Below, one piece after another: positions 1 to 12,511 of a DNA stretch of 64,000 nt. The notes under the pieces are model-generated. The model had not been told where the DNA came from. It searched no databases and worked only from the letters and a program-made list of their open reading frames with translations. A program made the position numbers and the translations under genes. Every line of letters begins with the position of its first letter. The first letter of the stretch is position 1. This DNA is from Somniosus microcephalus (lineage: Eukaryota): contig CM126228.1 in assembly GCA_052327205.1 (NCBI GenBank), forward strand, positions 25,420,001 through 25,484,000, written 5' to 3'.

Positions 1-260
1 TCTATGGTGTACTGCTACTTCGACTCTGTCAGCACCTGCGAGCTGTTTGTAAGAAAACAATTAATATGACTTTGACCAATGTAATCTCAGTACTGCGGAC
101 AAATTGGAATCTGGGTTGAACGGACTCGGATAAGGAGAGTTGGAAGCATATTTGCAAAACCATAACTCGTTCCAGAACTTGAGAGGAAAGGAAGATTTGA
201 GATATGGTGTTGGCTGTGGGCTGAATAACTTCCCGCCTCTGTACTTGCCTTTGTGAACAA
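1..260 (-). mobile_element. Degenerate L2/CR1-group LINE reverse-transcriptase fragment
   Basis: Minus-strand translation contains decayed RT motifs (IFLSSQVLERVM...RSTEITLVKV), resembling the L2 ORF2 pattern PISNLPFLSKVLEKVV...HSTETALVKV. Confidence 0.55.
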
Positions 261-867
261 TATTTGATTTCTCTCTCTCTCTCTCTCACACGTTGACTGT
301 TATCTTTGTTTGAATAATATTGCATGATGTCATATCACCGGATACAGGATTTATTCCAGGAATGAAAAGACTATGTATGGCCACGTCAATAAGTGTGTTT
401 TCCACCTTCAGTTTCTGTTAGTTTGCATAAAAATTAAAGTTGGTCTTAATTAAATCATGAAAGTGGCATTGACTTCTTTCAAAAAGATGTCTTTGGATAT
501 CTGGCTAGAATTTTGCGTAGAGCTGACAGCCTGCTAAAACTTCAACAAAATTGTACATTGTATTTAAAAATTAACAACAAAACTGATAAAGCCTCGGTCT
601 CCAGGGCAGTATCTTCAAATGCACACTAATCATAAAACCATTATGGTAACGTGCCCCAGGAGAGCAGTATCATGCACTGATAGTACAATACTGGCACCAC
701 ATTAGTCAAAATGTTTCAGCTCTTCGAGCAACAAGGATGAGTGCACCACTATAAATTTGTATTTTTCTATAAAGTTCACGAATTCAACATTGCAACTTAT
801 TTTGGTCATTTGCCGAGGTTAGCTGTAATTACAGGATGTTACTAATGAATTTTCTTTCTCTCCACAG

Positions 868-901
868 CAAAACTGTACAATCAAAAGTGGACTGCATTTT
901 G
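868..901 (+). CDS. RFX7: RFX7 coding exon, (C)KTVQSKVDCIL; first exon visible in window
   Basis: Polypyrimidine tract + CAG acceptor at 865-867, GTGAGT donor at 902. 34 nt; peptide matches the remembered vertebrate RFX7 N-terminal region. Confidence 0.9.
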
Positions 902-1084
902 GTGAGTGCATTATATGCAAATGAAACCTTTTTCAATTTTTACCATGTTATTTTGAATTAATATTTTACAGTAATTGTAAGTACTGACTGTTTGAACATT
1001 GCACACTTATAACCAAAGAATGCTGCTATGATAACCTGAGAGAAGGTACTTTGCATGGTGTTGATGGAGGCTATTTCTATGATG

Positions 1085-1530
1085 ATGAAAAAGTGAAAAA
1101 AGACATTTACAGTATATAGTGTTTTTTTCCATCTCCTCAGACCCATCTCAAAGTACTTCAAATGCAATTAATTATTTTCAAGTGTCGTGACTCATTTGCA
1201 GGAAAACACAACAGCAGTTTTCCACATAAGATCCCATAATCAGGATTGAGATGATTGCCCAGCTAATCTGTTTTTTAATGGTGGTAGTTCAGAGAGGAAT
1301 ACCGATCAGGACACTGGAAAATCTTCCTGCTCTTCCAGTAGTGCAATGGGATCTTTAACAATCAGTATAAACCATTGGAACAGGTAGATAGGACTTCGAT
1401 TTGCTACCTTTTCCAAAGGATGGTATCTCCAACTGTACAGCGCTGTCTCAGTGCTGCACTGGATTGTCTCCCTAGATTAAGGTCCAACCTGACTAAAATC
1501 CAGACACCTTCACCTCTCATCCCTACATAT
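1085..1530 (-). mobile_element. Old Deu-domain SINE (SacSINE1-like), degenerate
   Basis: Reverse-complement similarity to the SINE at 30858-31250 (aagtacttc, gggatctttaac, cagtgctgcact blocks). Confidence 0.5.
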
Positions 1531-2046
1531 CCATATACAAAGTAGAAATACACCTTTTCCGTCACCACCCCCCCCCCCCCCCCTCCCTGCAAAAAAAAAA
1601 AGTACTAAAAAGAAACCTAATTTCCTCAGACTTGGCCACCATTCAGTTCTCACTAGGAAGCACCTTATTCTGAAAAATCTTGGGTGTTCATGTCTTTTAG
1701 GTCTGTTCATGCTAATGCTTTTTGTGTGCAACACTGCTCAACACGACTAAACTGCTAACTTTGTTCACTTTTGACTTTTTGTTTTGAAGCATGCTGAATC
1801 ACTTACCCCCCCCCCCCACCCTACCCGACATCCCTTTCTACCAATTTACTCCTGTTTTTCTCCCCCCCCACCCTCCCTCTTGATGATTGGGGGAACAGTT
1901 GCATGGCTGCTGATCATCTTCTGGTACCTCCTCCACGTGGTCATTATTCATATGAGACTTGATGGTGAATGTTGGCAAATTATTTGACTGCAGTGGGCAC
2001 CATAGCCAAACTTGATCCTGTCTTCACACAGTTGCAGGATAGCAAT

Positions 2047-2262
2047 TAATCATAGAATGATACAGCACAGAAGGAGGCCATTGGGCCCATTGCACCTTTG
2101 CTGGCTCTTTGAAAGAGCTATCCATTAGTCCCACTCCTATCTTTCCCCATAGCCCTGCAAATTTTTCTCATTCAAGTATTTATCCAATTCCCTTTTGAAA
2201 GTTACTATTGAATCTGCTTCCACCACCCTTTCGGGCAGTGTGTTCCAGTTCATAACTTGCTG
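2047..2262 (-). mobile_element. CR1 LINE 3' end fragment
   Basis: catagaatgatacagcacagaaggaggccatt tail and tatttatccaattcccttttgaaag; the same tail occurs at 4720-4905, 26400-26578 and 46852-47150. Confidence 0.8.
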
Positions 2263-3002
2263 AGAAGGAACCCTGACCAACTTTTAAATTCTCATTTCTT
2301 TTTCCCTTCTCTTTCTCTCCCCCCCGGCCCCCGCTTCCAACCTCCTACCGCAGAGACGCACTAATTCCACCACAGAGTGAAGATCAAAGCTGGAACTTTC
2401 CTGGTCTGTGTGAGTCAGCTACTCGAGTTTAAACTCACTGAACCATGAATCATTTTTCAAAGGAGAGTTACTGGTTCAGTCTGGAAAGAGATGTTGATCA
2501 CTGGTTTTCTGGCTTTTCCCCTGGTCCTGGAGACCTGGTTCTGGTTTAGTTATTCCTCCAAAAATGGCCCGGCAGAGATTTTGAAACTGTAATAGCTGCA
2601 GAGTTCCCTTTTTGCCTGGAGAATGGTGTGTGGAACTTGAAAGAGAAGCCATTTGAAATGATGCCAGTGAAGCCTTTGGTTTGACTAGTTGAACGATATT
2701 GTCACCTTCAATCAAGGATAATTTTGTGTTCCTTGATCATCTATCATGGTTGGCAATTTGTTTTTAAGAAGTGTTTTTCTGTCTACCCTTTTTATTAAAT
2801 TACTAGTGGTTTGCCCATAGCATTGTTCAAAGTGAATCGGAGGATATGCGGTATTACAATATGGGCCCATTAACTTTTCTTTGTGACCTCGGCAAAGCCA
2901 GAGATAATTTTCCCTCCTACTTCATAACTAGAATCGCTCCCTCTCCCTGACATCATTCTCCCCTTAAGAGCATCTGATTCTTTCCCTCCACAAACCTGCA
3001 AA

Positions 3003-4158
3003 TTTTTCCAAAAGGCATTCGATAAGGTGCCACATAAAAGGTTGTTATGTAAGATTAAGGGCACCTGGGCTTGGGGGTAATGTATTAGCATGGATAAAGG
3101 AATGATTAACTGACAGAAAACAGAGAGTAGGGATAAATGGGTCATTTTCAGATTGGCAAGCTGTAACTAGTTGGGTGCAGCAAGGATTAGTGCTTGGGCC
3201 TCCGCTATTTACAATCTATATTAATGATTTGGATAGATTGCACTCGGTCCCTTCATGTAAGTTTGCTGCCGATACAAAGCTATTGGAAAAGTAAGATGTG
3301 AAGAGGACGCAAAGAGATATAGACAGGTTAAGTGAGTGGGCAATAAGGCGGCAGATGAAGTATAATACGGGGAAATGTGAGGTTATTCACTATGGTAGGA
3401 AGAATAGAAAAACGGAATATTTTTTAAATGTTAAACTATTAAATGTTGATGTTCAGAGAGATTTAGGTGTCCTTGTACAGGAAACAGAAAGCTAGCGTGC
3501 AGGTACAGCAAGCAATTTGGAAGGCAAATGGCATGTTGGCCTTTATTGCTCGAAGGTTGGATTACAAGAGTAAGGAAGCCTTGCTACGATTGTATAGAGA
3601 CACCACATGGAGTACTGTGCACAGTTTTGGTCTCCTTATTTAAGGAAGGATATACTTGCCTTCGAGGCAGTGCAATGAAGGTTCAATCGATTGATTCCTG
3701 GGATGAGAGGGTTGCCCTATGAGGAGAGATTGAGTAGATTGGGCCTATACTCTCGAGTTTAGAAGAATGAGAGGTGATCTCATTGAAACATGCAAGGTTC
3801 TGAGGGGGATTGACAGGATAAATGCTGAGTGATTGTTTCCCCTGGCTGGGGAGTCTAGAACTAGGGGGCATAGTTTCAGGATAAGGGTTGACCATTTAAG
3901 ATTGAGATGAGGAGGAATTTCTTCACTGAGGGTTGTGAATCTTTGGAATTTTCTGCCCCAAAGTGCTGTGGATGCTCAGTCGTTGAGTATATTCAAGGTT
4001 GAGATTTATAGATTTTTGGACTCCAGAGGAATTAAGGGATTTGGGGATAGGGCAGGAAATTGGAGTTGAGATCGAAGATCAGCCATGATCTTACTGAATG
4101 GTGGAGCAGGCTCGAGGGGCTGTATGGCCTACTCCTGCTCCTAATTCTTATGTTCTTA
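3003..4158 (+). mobile_element. 5'-truncated, frameshifted CR1 LINE (RT C-terminal part + 3' UTR)
   Basis: Encodes FQKAFDKVPHKR and KCEVIHYGRKN motifs in broken frames; ends in a ggcctactcctgctcctaattcttatgttctta tail. Confidence 0.9.
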
Positions 4159-4719
4159 AACAGCATTGTTCTTTGTGAACTCTCTCCCACCCCCTGGTGT
4201 GCTATGCTGTGCTGTGCTTCCCGGGCTGGAGTTGGGAGTTTGTTCAACTGAACTTCTTCATTATTTAATTCAGCAATGATAAGTTGGAAAATTAAGTCGG
4301 ACTGAATGCACTGCTGACTTCATATAATTGCATGATGATGCATTCTGAGAAGTGGACCTGCGTAAGGCCAAGGCTTGTGCCTGGGCACAGAGTATATGCA
4401 AAGGTGGTGCCTGGGACGGGCATATTTTGCTTGGGGGGCATGAAGAAAAGAAAGAGATACAGCAGATTATAATATGGTAACATCTACTGGAAAAAATACG
4501 ACTGAATATTTTGTGGTAACTGTTACGCTCATTTCAATTGGTTTGGATTGTTAACCATCTTAGTTGATGTGTGATTAGGTATTCTAATTTTTGCACATCA
4601 TTTGACAGCCCCATTGATAAAAGATGTTGGAGCAACAAAATCTCAAAAAAATGACTCAACATATGCATAGATAGATGGGTTAAAAATGGGTAGCATGTTT
4701 TGGGATGACTTGGGTTGAA

Positions 4720-4905
4720 AGGGTGGTGGAAGCAGATTCAGTCGTAACTTTCAAAAGGGAATTGGCTTTATATTTGAAAAGGAAAAATTTGCTGGGCTAT
4801 GGGAAAAGAGATGGGGCGATGGATTAATTGGATAGCTCTTTCAAGGAGTCTGCACAGGTCCGATGGGCCAAATGGCCTCCTTCTGTGCTGTATGATTCTA
4901 TGATT
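4720..4905 (+). mobile_element. CR1 LINE 3' tail fragment
   Basis: gggtggtggaagcagattca...ggcctccttctgtgctgtatgattctatga, shared with other CR1 copies here. Confidence 0.8.
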
Positions 4906-4919
4906 TTTAAAGCATGGTT

Positions 4920-5150
4920 TGGACAAGCAACAACGCTTATACAGAAGATCCAAGAAAGACAACTGCAACGGTTTGGACATGTTTCCATTCTTGAAATATC
5001 TAGAATACCTTTCATGGCCCTGCATACAGAGGTACGTGGAACAAGAAGCTAGATAGACCAAGGAAGCGCTGGATAGACAATGTCGAGAGTGATTTGTCAC
5101 AGAAAGGGATATAGATGACAGAAGCGGTCAGGCTAGCTCAGAACCGACAA
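4920..5150 (+). mobile_element. RTE-clade LINE C-terminal fragment
   Basis: Translation IQERQLQRFGHV...RIPFMAL...GTRS then RPRKRWID, typical of the RTE ORF C-terminus. Confidence 0.55.
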
Positions 5151-5162
5151 CAAGGGAGTGAA

Positions 5163-5597
5163 CTAAAAACAGAAAATGCTGGAAATACTCGGCAGGTCAG
5201 GCAGCATCTGTGGAGAGAGAAACAGAGTTAACGTTTCAGGTTGATGACCTTTCGTCAGAACTGGAAAAAGTTAGAGATGGAACAGAGGAAAGAACAAAAG
5301 GGAAGGGTCCACTACCCTCTCCTTTTGCTTTGTACTCTCATACCTTTTGTCATTTAATCATTCCTGCCTTCCATCCTATCCCAGACCTGCCCTTTTGTTC
5401 TTGCCCCCCTTTCCCTGCCTCTGAACTTGCTTAAAATCTGTTCTATCTCTGACTTTTTCCAGTTCTGAGGAAAGCTCATCGACCTAAAACGTTAACTGTT
5501 TTTCTCTCTCCACAGATGCTGCCGAACCTGCTGAGTATTTCCAGCATTTTCTGTTTTTATTTCAGATTTCCAGCATCTGCAGTACTTTGCTTTTGTA
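5163..5597. mobile_element. Penelope-like element remnant: inverted pair of terminal repeats
   Basis: About 5165-5270 is the reverse complement of about 5452-5558; same sequence family as the tail downstream of the GIY-YIG fragment at 50420-50985. Confidence 0.75.
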
Positions 5598-6648
5598 AGG
5601 GAGTGAAGTAATTCAGCTGAGCTGACCGAAATGAATTTAGTTGTAGTACTTTCAGATTGGTAGGTGTGAAAAAGTTTTGAGTAAACTGATTAGTTTTACG
5701 TGCGTTCCTTGTGCACTTTTTCGTAGTGCTGGCAAATATCTGCCGGTATTTGAGCAAATCAACACGTTTAAGGAAACAGGAAATGACACAAGCCAATCAC
5801 AAAAGTGGAACATGATGTTCCATGCTGCTTTCACATTAGGTGTGACATGATCTATATGCAACACCATAATTGTATAACTAGTAGATGCTCTGCCAAATAT
5901 TCTGAAATTAAGAGAAATTTACAAAAACGTGGTGTTTTCATTATTTTCTTCCTGAGGTGCGTTCTGGGTTGGCTGTTCGCAGCATCATTGACAAAGCTGC
6001 ATGTGTTGGAGTGAGGTTGTATAGCTTTTCCCAGAAATTTGGTTGGTATATTGCAACATAGTTGAGTAGGATTTTAAACAGTATTGCTAATCCATGTCGA
6101 AGCTTTTTTGTGTCAATAATGACACTTAGTGCACTGAACACACTCAGTACTCCCTTCTTGTGTCAAGTGCATTTTTGTCTTTTAAGTTGTCTGACTTCGA
6201 TATTTTGAATGTTTTCCCTTTTCTCCTTGAATAATTTGCTTGCTCTCTTTAAGATACTGATTACATGTTGCAGAGGAAAACATTATTCTTTCTGTGTGTG
6301 TATATGCACAACTGAACAAGGTCCCAAGTGGAAACAGTTGCGTAATGGGATGGAGATTTTTAAACTTAGATTAAAAGTACATTCAAAATCTGCCTATTTT
6401 GATGTGAACAATATTATGTACCCTATAAAAATGTGATGAGGGTTGTATTTCTTCCAACAATTTTAACTCGTGCTCATGGTAGAAAGGCAGTTTTCATAAG
6501 CAGATGTCCTATGAACTGAAACCTGCACCCCTGTACATGCCTTGAGTAAGAATGTGTATAATGGGACTAAGAATTACCCCTTAAAGATATCTTGCACCTG
6601 AGATCCTTTCGAATGCCAACCATGTTCTGTCTACCTGAAAAGGTGGTA

Positions 6649-6970
6649 CAGGAAACTTTCTTTTATCCGGCACGGATGGGACCGACGTGGTGCCGGTTCA
6701 TCAAAAATTCCGGATAACCGAACGCTATCGTAAAAGATACGGAGCTGAGAGCTCCGTATGAAGCAACAAACCCTGTTGCTTAGCAACAGGTTCAAAACAA
6801 TGGCCACAAGTTGCAAGCGTCTCTGTAGCTTAGCAACAGCTGCAGCCACACCCTTGCACAGCAACACATGGAGCAAGGCAAGTAATAAAAGTTACCTGAA
6901 CCTACTCCTGAATTTTGCCGGTTAACCGACATTTCCGGTTATTATGGGGCCGGTTAATCGAGGTTTCCTG
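6649..6970. mobile_element. Tc1/mariner (Tigger-like) MITE, CAGGAAAC family, copy A
   Basis: Termini CAGGAAAC...GTTTCCTG flanked by TA on both sides; non-coding. Confidence 0.85.
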
Positions 6971-7197
6971 TAAATGGCGCACAGTCAAACGGTTGTGCTC
7001 AGCCTTTGCTGGCTGCTTTCCTATCGAGATGTAGCTGATGAGACCCGTGTCTCCAATTTGGTGCCACACTTGGTTTGGAAGTCTCATTTTAACAGCGGAA
7101 TTTATTCGGATTTTATTTTTATTTTTTGTCTCGTGCTTTTAATTTACTTCCCCAAAAAATATTTGTGCTTTTAATTAAAATTTATTTTTGCTTTCAG

Positions 7198-7280
7198 CAA
7201 GAAGTGATGAAGTTTACAGATCTAGAAAAACTCTACCTCTACCTTCAGTTGCCTTCTGGTCCTAGCAATGGAAACAAAAG
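7198..7280 (+). CDS. RFX7: RFX7 coding exon, [27 protein letters not shown](S)
   Basis: tttcag acceptor, GTAAAT donor at 7281; 83 nt, phase-compatible with neighbours; [17 protein letters not shown] is the RFX5/RFX7 N-terminal conserved motif. Confidence 0.95.
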
Positions 7281-9772
7281 GTAAATCCAACATCCATATT
7301 CTGTTGCTCTTTATTTAGCTTTTCAAGGAACTGACTGTTTATAAATAGTAACTAGTTGTACAAAATGAGCAGCAACAAATGCTCTCTGACGCTTGTGCTA
7401 TCAAATAAATTAAACATTTTGAGGAGGAGAAATCCATTATTTTAAGTGTTATAAAATGAATTTTATATATAAAGTGTAGAAACCATAATCTAATGAAAAA
7501 TCATTAATGCAGTGTCTTTCTAATTTACTTTGACGAGTGAATGTTAAAAGGTTCCGAGCATGTTGGAAAAATACCACAGACTGTTAATTTTAGCTACCTA
7601 TATTTATCATGTACATTCACAGGATCCATAAGTGAATATACTTAACCTTTTGAGGGCTGTAGCAATTCTTCATTACAAGAGAAATGAAGTTTAAAAGTGT
7701 TTCACGTTAATTCTGCTAAGTATTTTCATAATTTAGCCTTTGAACGTTCAGTTTTGAAGTTTTAAATGGACGACCAACTTGCAGGACAAAAAAAGGGTTT
7801 CAGAATGGCACCATAGTTTGAAGCACCCTTGGTGTCATTGAGCAGTGGAGGATTCATTCCACTAAGTTTCTAATCTCAACCTTGCTGCTGCAGGGAAGGG
7901 AGGGAAATTAAATCAGATGGGCTGCCTTCATGGTCATTTGCAGCCCTAGCAGCCACTTGAGATTGGTATTGGTAAGGTGGCAACCAGCCACCTACCAGCT
8001 CCGGAGGCACTAATAATGGAAGAAAATGCATTCCTTTTTTTATTTAACTTGTTCACTCTCCCACAGTAGATTAATATGTTGACATCCAAAATGGAGGAAG
8101 GCAGAAAAAGAGGAAACACTGGGACAATTTCCCCTCTAAAACCCTGATATTATATAGTGGTAATATTGGTAACAAGGTTCTTCCCATATCTGATGCAGGT
8201 TTTGCTGTAAGTGTGCCCAGATTTATTTTTATATCATTGATCAAAGTTTTCTTAATGCAGCAGGAAACATTCAGTAGTTTTTTTCCCCACACATTAATTC
8301 GTGTTAAGCTAAACAATCCCCACTCCTTACCATACTAGCTTAATTCCCATTTACCCTCTCTGCAGGGCTTTTGGTTCAGGTGGAGGCCATCCTTTTAGTA
8401 TAGCCTTTCCTTGCTACTCCGGTTGATGGTCACCACTTTTCTCATTCTGCACTATCCCTGTGTCCTGAATTGTCTAGCATGGTGTTTTGGATTACCACAT
8501 TCTGGAGAGTATAATCCAGAAACCCCTCAACCTCTCTGATGTTGTAAGGTGTGGCCGAATGGTCCTCTGCCCTAGAGACTCGATTTCTGCTTACACAGAG
8601 GAATTGTGATGGCCCATGTGTCACACTCTACACACATCACGAGGCTTCCCTGCAATGCTATCCCTCTGTGTTTAAATTAAAATTGTAGGTAGTGTTGGTC
8701 TGAACTCCCACCAGCACCAAACTCAAGCAAGAATCAAAGTGGAAAAGAGACAAAAATAAGCAAACTTGTCTTATTAATAAAGCATTTGGTTGCAGGATCA
8801 TTATCCAGTGCCTTGCTGACAACTATCTCATTTTCTATCAACTGTGAGTTTGCCATAGCAGTCAGTTGGCTATCAGCTAATACCTTTTCACTTCGAACAT
8901 TGAGGTTGTTCATTTCTCCCCTCATTGTTCTTCAGAGTTACATTCATTGGCCCACCAATGCTTTTCCAATAAGTGTTGGCACAAGTTGACTACCAGGGCG
9001 CACTCTTCAAAAGCTTATTGAAAGAAGACTTCAGCATGGTGTGGTACTAAGACATAGAGACCAAAGGGTTGCATGTTGAATTATTGCCCTGTGCTGTTAG
9101 CTGTTCTGAGCTGGGGTAATAGTTGGAGTGGGCCTATTAGCCTGACTATCCCTGGGCTGGGAAGGCAAGAAAATAATCAGCCAATATTGAATACTGGAAA
9201 GTACACATATGTGAACGTTGGGTGATTACTGTGATGTCGTCCATGGTTATATTGCCTTCTGACAAAAGAAAAATAATGCATTTATGTAGCACCTTAACAT
9301 GTCTCAGAACTGTCTCAAAGTACTCCATGTACAATGAATGACTTTGAAGTACTGTGGCTATCTCCATCATTATCTTCCACCACTGGAAATGCCTATCCCC
9401 AACTCTCTCACAAGCCCTCACACACTCCAACTCCCCTTAACCCTGACACTCCACTCAGATGATATCCCATCTCTTTTAATCACCTCAACAATTGCTCTGC
9501 TACCTCCTTTAATGTCCTGGGGCATGGAAGTGGAGACAGTAGCTGATGGTTCTTTCTTTCTGGGGCCTTTTTGCCCTCCTTGGCTAACTGCTTTGATTTT
9601 GGGTATGAAGCTTCCTGTACTATAAAAGAAATGCCTCTTCCTCTAAAGCTGAACAATCTAAATACAGCACATGTATTGCTGATAAGATTGTGATTAATTT
9701 TCTTGTATTTTAGGAATTCACTGTGTCAAACTTTTAGTTGCCACACAATCCTCTATTTAAAAGAGAAACGTA

Positions 9773-10430
9773 TCAATGGCCCTGAATTTCCGATCAGAGG
9801 CTTCTTGCAGGCGGATGCCTCCGATCAGAAAAAATTCTACAAACCTACCTGCTGGCTCCATAGATACCAAGGCTTCCGCTCCTGGGCCTCTCCTCTTCGA
9901 AATGCGCGGAGGCCCACATGCGGTTCGCAAGCGCCCCGGGATCACGTGGGCCATGGCGAACCAATGGAAGAAGGGAATCCCCATACTTATGGAACTGTCA
10001 AGTGTGAATGGGGATGACTGCACAAATGCACCAACACACTGAAATAAATAAAGAAAAACCATTACATATGTAAAATTAATTAAAATGGCATTTAATTAAA
10101 TATGTTAAACAAAAATAAATGTTTTTTTAATGTGTTTTAACGGGACTTTATATAACCGTACCTTATTGGACTGGGTTTTTAATTTATAAGTGAGTGATAA
10201 AATCTTATTTTTCTATTTTTTTAAACTCTTATGCTGGTAAAAGCAGGCCTTACGCCTGCTTTTACCAAGCGTAAGAAATCTATGGCCTTTCAGCGGGTGG
10301 AAGTTGAGCAAATAGCACAACTCTCCACCCGCAGAGGCACTTTTCTTGGGCATGTGGGCGATCTGTTGACAGATCGCAAGTTCCGGGTTTCAGCGCATGC
10401 GCTTTGCATGCCTAAACCTGGAACTTGCGA
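9773..10430. mobile_element. One-ended non-autonomous DNA-transposon-like element between 87-bp direct repeats
   Basis: Starts GGCCCTGAATTTCC, similar to the TIR of 49035-49868; GC-rich/AT-rich/GC-rich layout; ends at an internal hairpin. Confidence 0.55.
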
Positions 10431-11285
10431 TTGTGATTAATTTTCTTGTATTTTAGGAATTCACTGTGCCAAACTTTTAGTTGCCACACAATCCTTTATT
10501 TAAAAGAGAAATGTAATATCAATATTTGTGACCTTATTGCCCTTTGTAGATGGAGCTAAGCACATGCGCCAATCTATTCAGGGCAACAAAACCTGCATAG
10601 AATCATGACTAAATAGCATTTAACTAACTGGGTGGTAGGATGTATTGTTCTTGAGCTGGTCATGAGCCACCTGAAAAGCACAGTTCATTCTATTTGTGTT
10701 ATGGTTACATCCGGTGTCATTGTGCAAAAGGTTTTTCTTGATGCTATCTACATGGCAGACACGTGGTGTAATTTATGTGCTTTGAAGCATTACTGTAAAT
10801 GTTTGACAGCTCAGATGAACAAGTGGTTAAGCACTGCAGTGCTCAAGCTGGCCTCAATATTGCATTCTCCCAACATTAAATCAGAGAGCTTCCTTCCTCT
10901 GTTTTTGCTCTGGAATGATTCTGGTTCATTTTGTGGAAGCTGAAGAAATTGGGATGAATGTTAGATTACCTATCTTGGAAGTTCATGCGTTATACATAAT
11001 TTAAACCACATTCTCATTTGGATGACTGTTTATTCATTTGTATGTTATGGTTGAACTAGTTTTGAAGAATAATCATCATACCTCTGATGGGGGGCCATTT
11101 ACAATTGCAAATTTTCAATTTTGTCTCAAACATGCGCTAATTATTTTTAAAGTAACTGAATTATTTTGTTTGGCTGGGGAAAAATTCTTTTGAAACTCTT
11201 TCTATCCAGCTGATTATCTCTGCTGAGCCCATATATCTCAGCACGCACGAGTGAGTCCAGTGATGCATGCACGCACATAGAAATA

Positions 11286-11617
11286 CAGGAAACTTTGGTT
11301 TATCCGGAGGTTGTATGTCCGGAATACTTGATCTAACGGCAAAAATCAGGAGCCGTTTTCTATAAGTTTTTTTAGTTCTCGTTCTTTTTTTTTCCCAGTC
11401 AGGCACTGCAAGGTCTGTAGCTATAGCAACAGCTTCAGCTAGAGACGCTTGCAGCTGCAGCCGACTCTTTAGAAGCTGTTACTAAGCAACAGTGTTTGTT
11501 GTCAGATACGGAGATGAAAACCTCCGTATGCTTCAACATTAACTTTGTATGTCCGGCAGTTTTGATAGATCGGCAACACGCCGGTCCTGTCGGTGCCGGA
11601 TATCACAAAGTTTCCTG
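11286..11617. mobile_element. CAGGAAAC MITE copy B
   Basis: TA-CAGGAAACTTTG...CAAAGTTTCCTG-TA; colinear with copies C, E and G. Confidence 0.85.
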
Positions 11618-12511
11618 TACAGTGCAGTTGACTAATTCAGTGGATGTTTTGTGATAAAATGGCACCACACCTTTACACTATTACAACAAGCTGCAACCAG
11701 TAGGGCTGACCGGGGAGTCCAACATTTTACTGTATGGTAGTTTATCATAATCCATGTGTATTTCATTCCAAATATTTCCAAAAACTAATTTCAGTATCCA
11801 GATACAATATTGATGCAGTTCTAACATGATCAATATGCAACAGTGACCAATGACCAACTTTTTATTAACTTATATTTTGTGCAATGATCCAAGTGCAATT
11901 TGTCAATTGACTGACTCAAGGGTACAAATTCCATTGTGGCTTCTGAAGAAATGTTGAATTCAGAGATAATATTTGCTGTGTTTAGCAGCTAGTTTGCATA
12001 TTTAGGGCCGTGTTCTAACTTATTTTGAACTTAGACATTTTCCTTCAGGTTTGTACATCACAGTATAAACATTTCCAATTGAGGTTCTGCCATTAAACAA
12101 TAGAGGGTTAAAGTCACCTTTAGGAAAGTTAAATTATTTAAAGTGCAGTAGTGTTCTTGAAGATCTGTTTCTTTTGAGCTTTCAATAACTTTAACTTCAT
12201 AACTGGCCTCAAAGTAGATTCTAAACATGTTCTTATTGATGCAGTAAACATTGAGTAATGTAGTAAATTACAAGTGAGCTTTTATGTTAAGTATTAAGAT
12301 AGATGACCATAAAAAAGATTTGTGTTTGACCAATATTTCCTGATTTGTTAACAACTGGAGAAAGGAAAAATTGAAATTTTGTAAAAAGAGTATTAACACA
12401 ATTTTCAGAAACTTTTCAAAGTAGAAAGTGATTGAAATTTTATGATAAAGTGCCCAATTAATTCACCAGTAACTTCATTAATTTGTCATGGGGAGCAAAT
12501 AAGGATGCATT

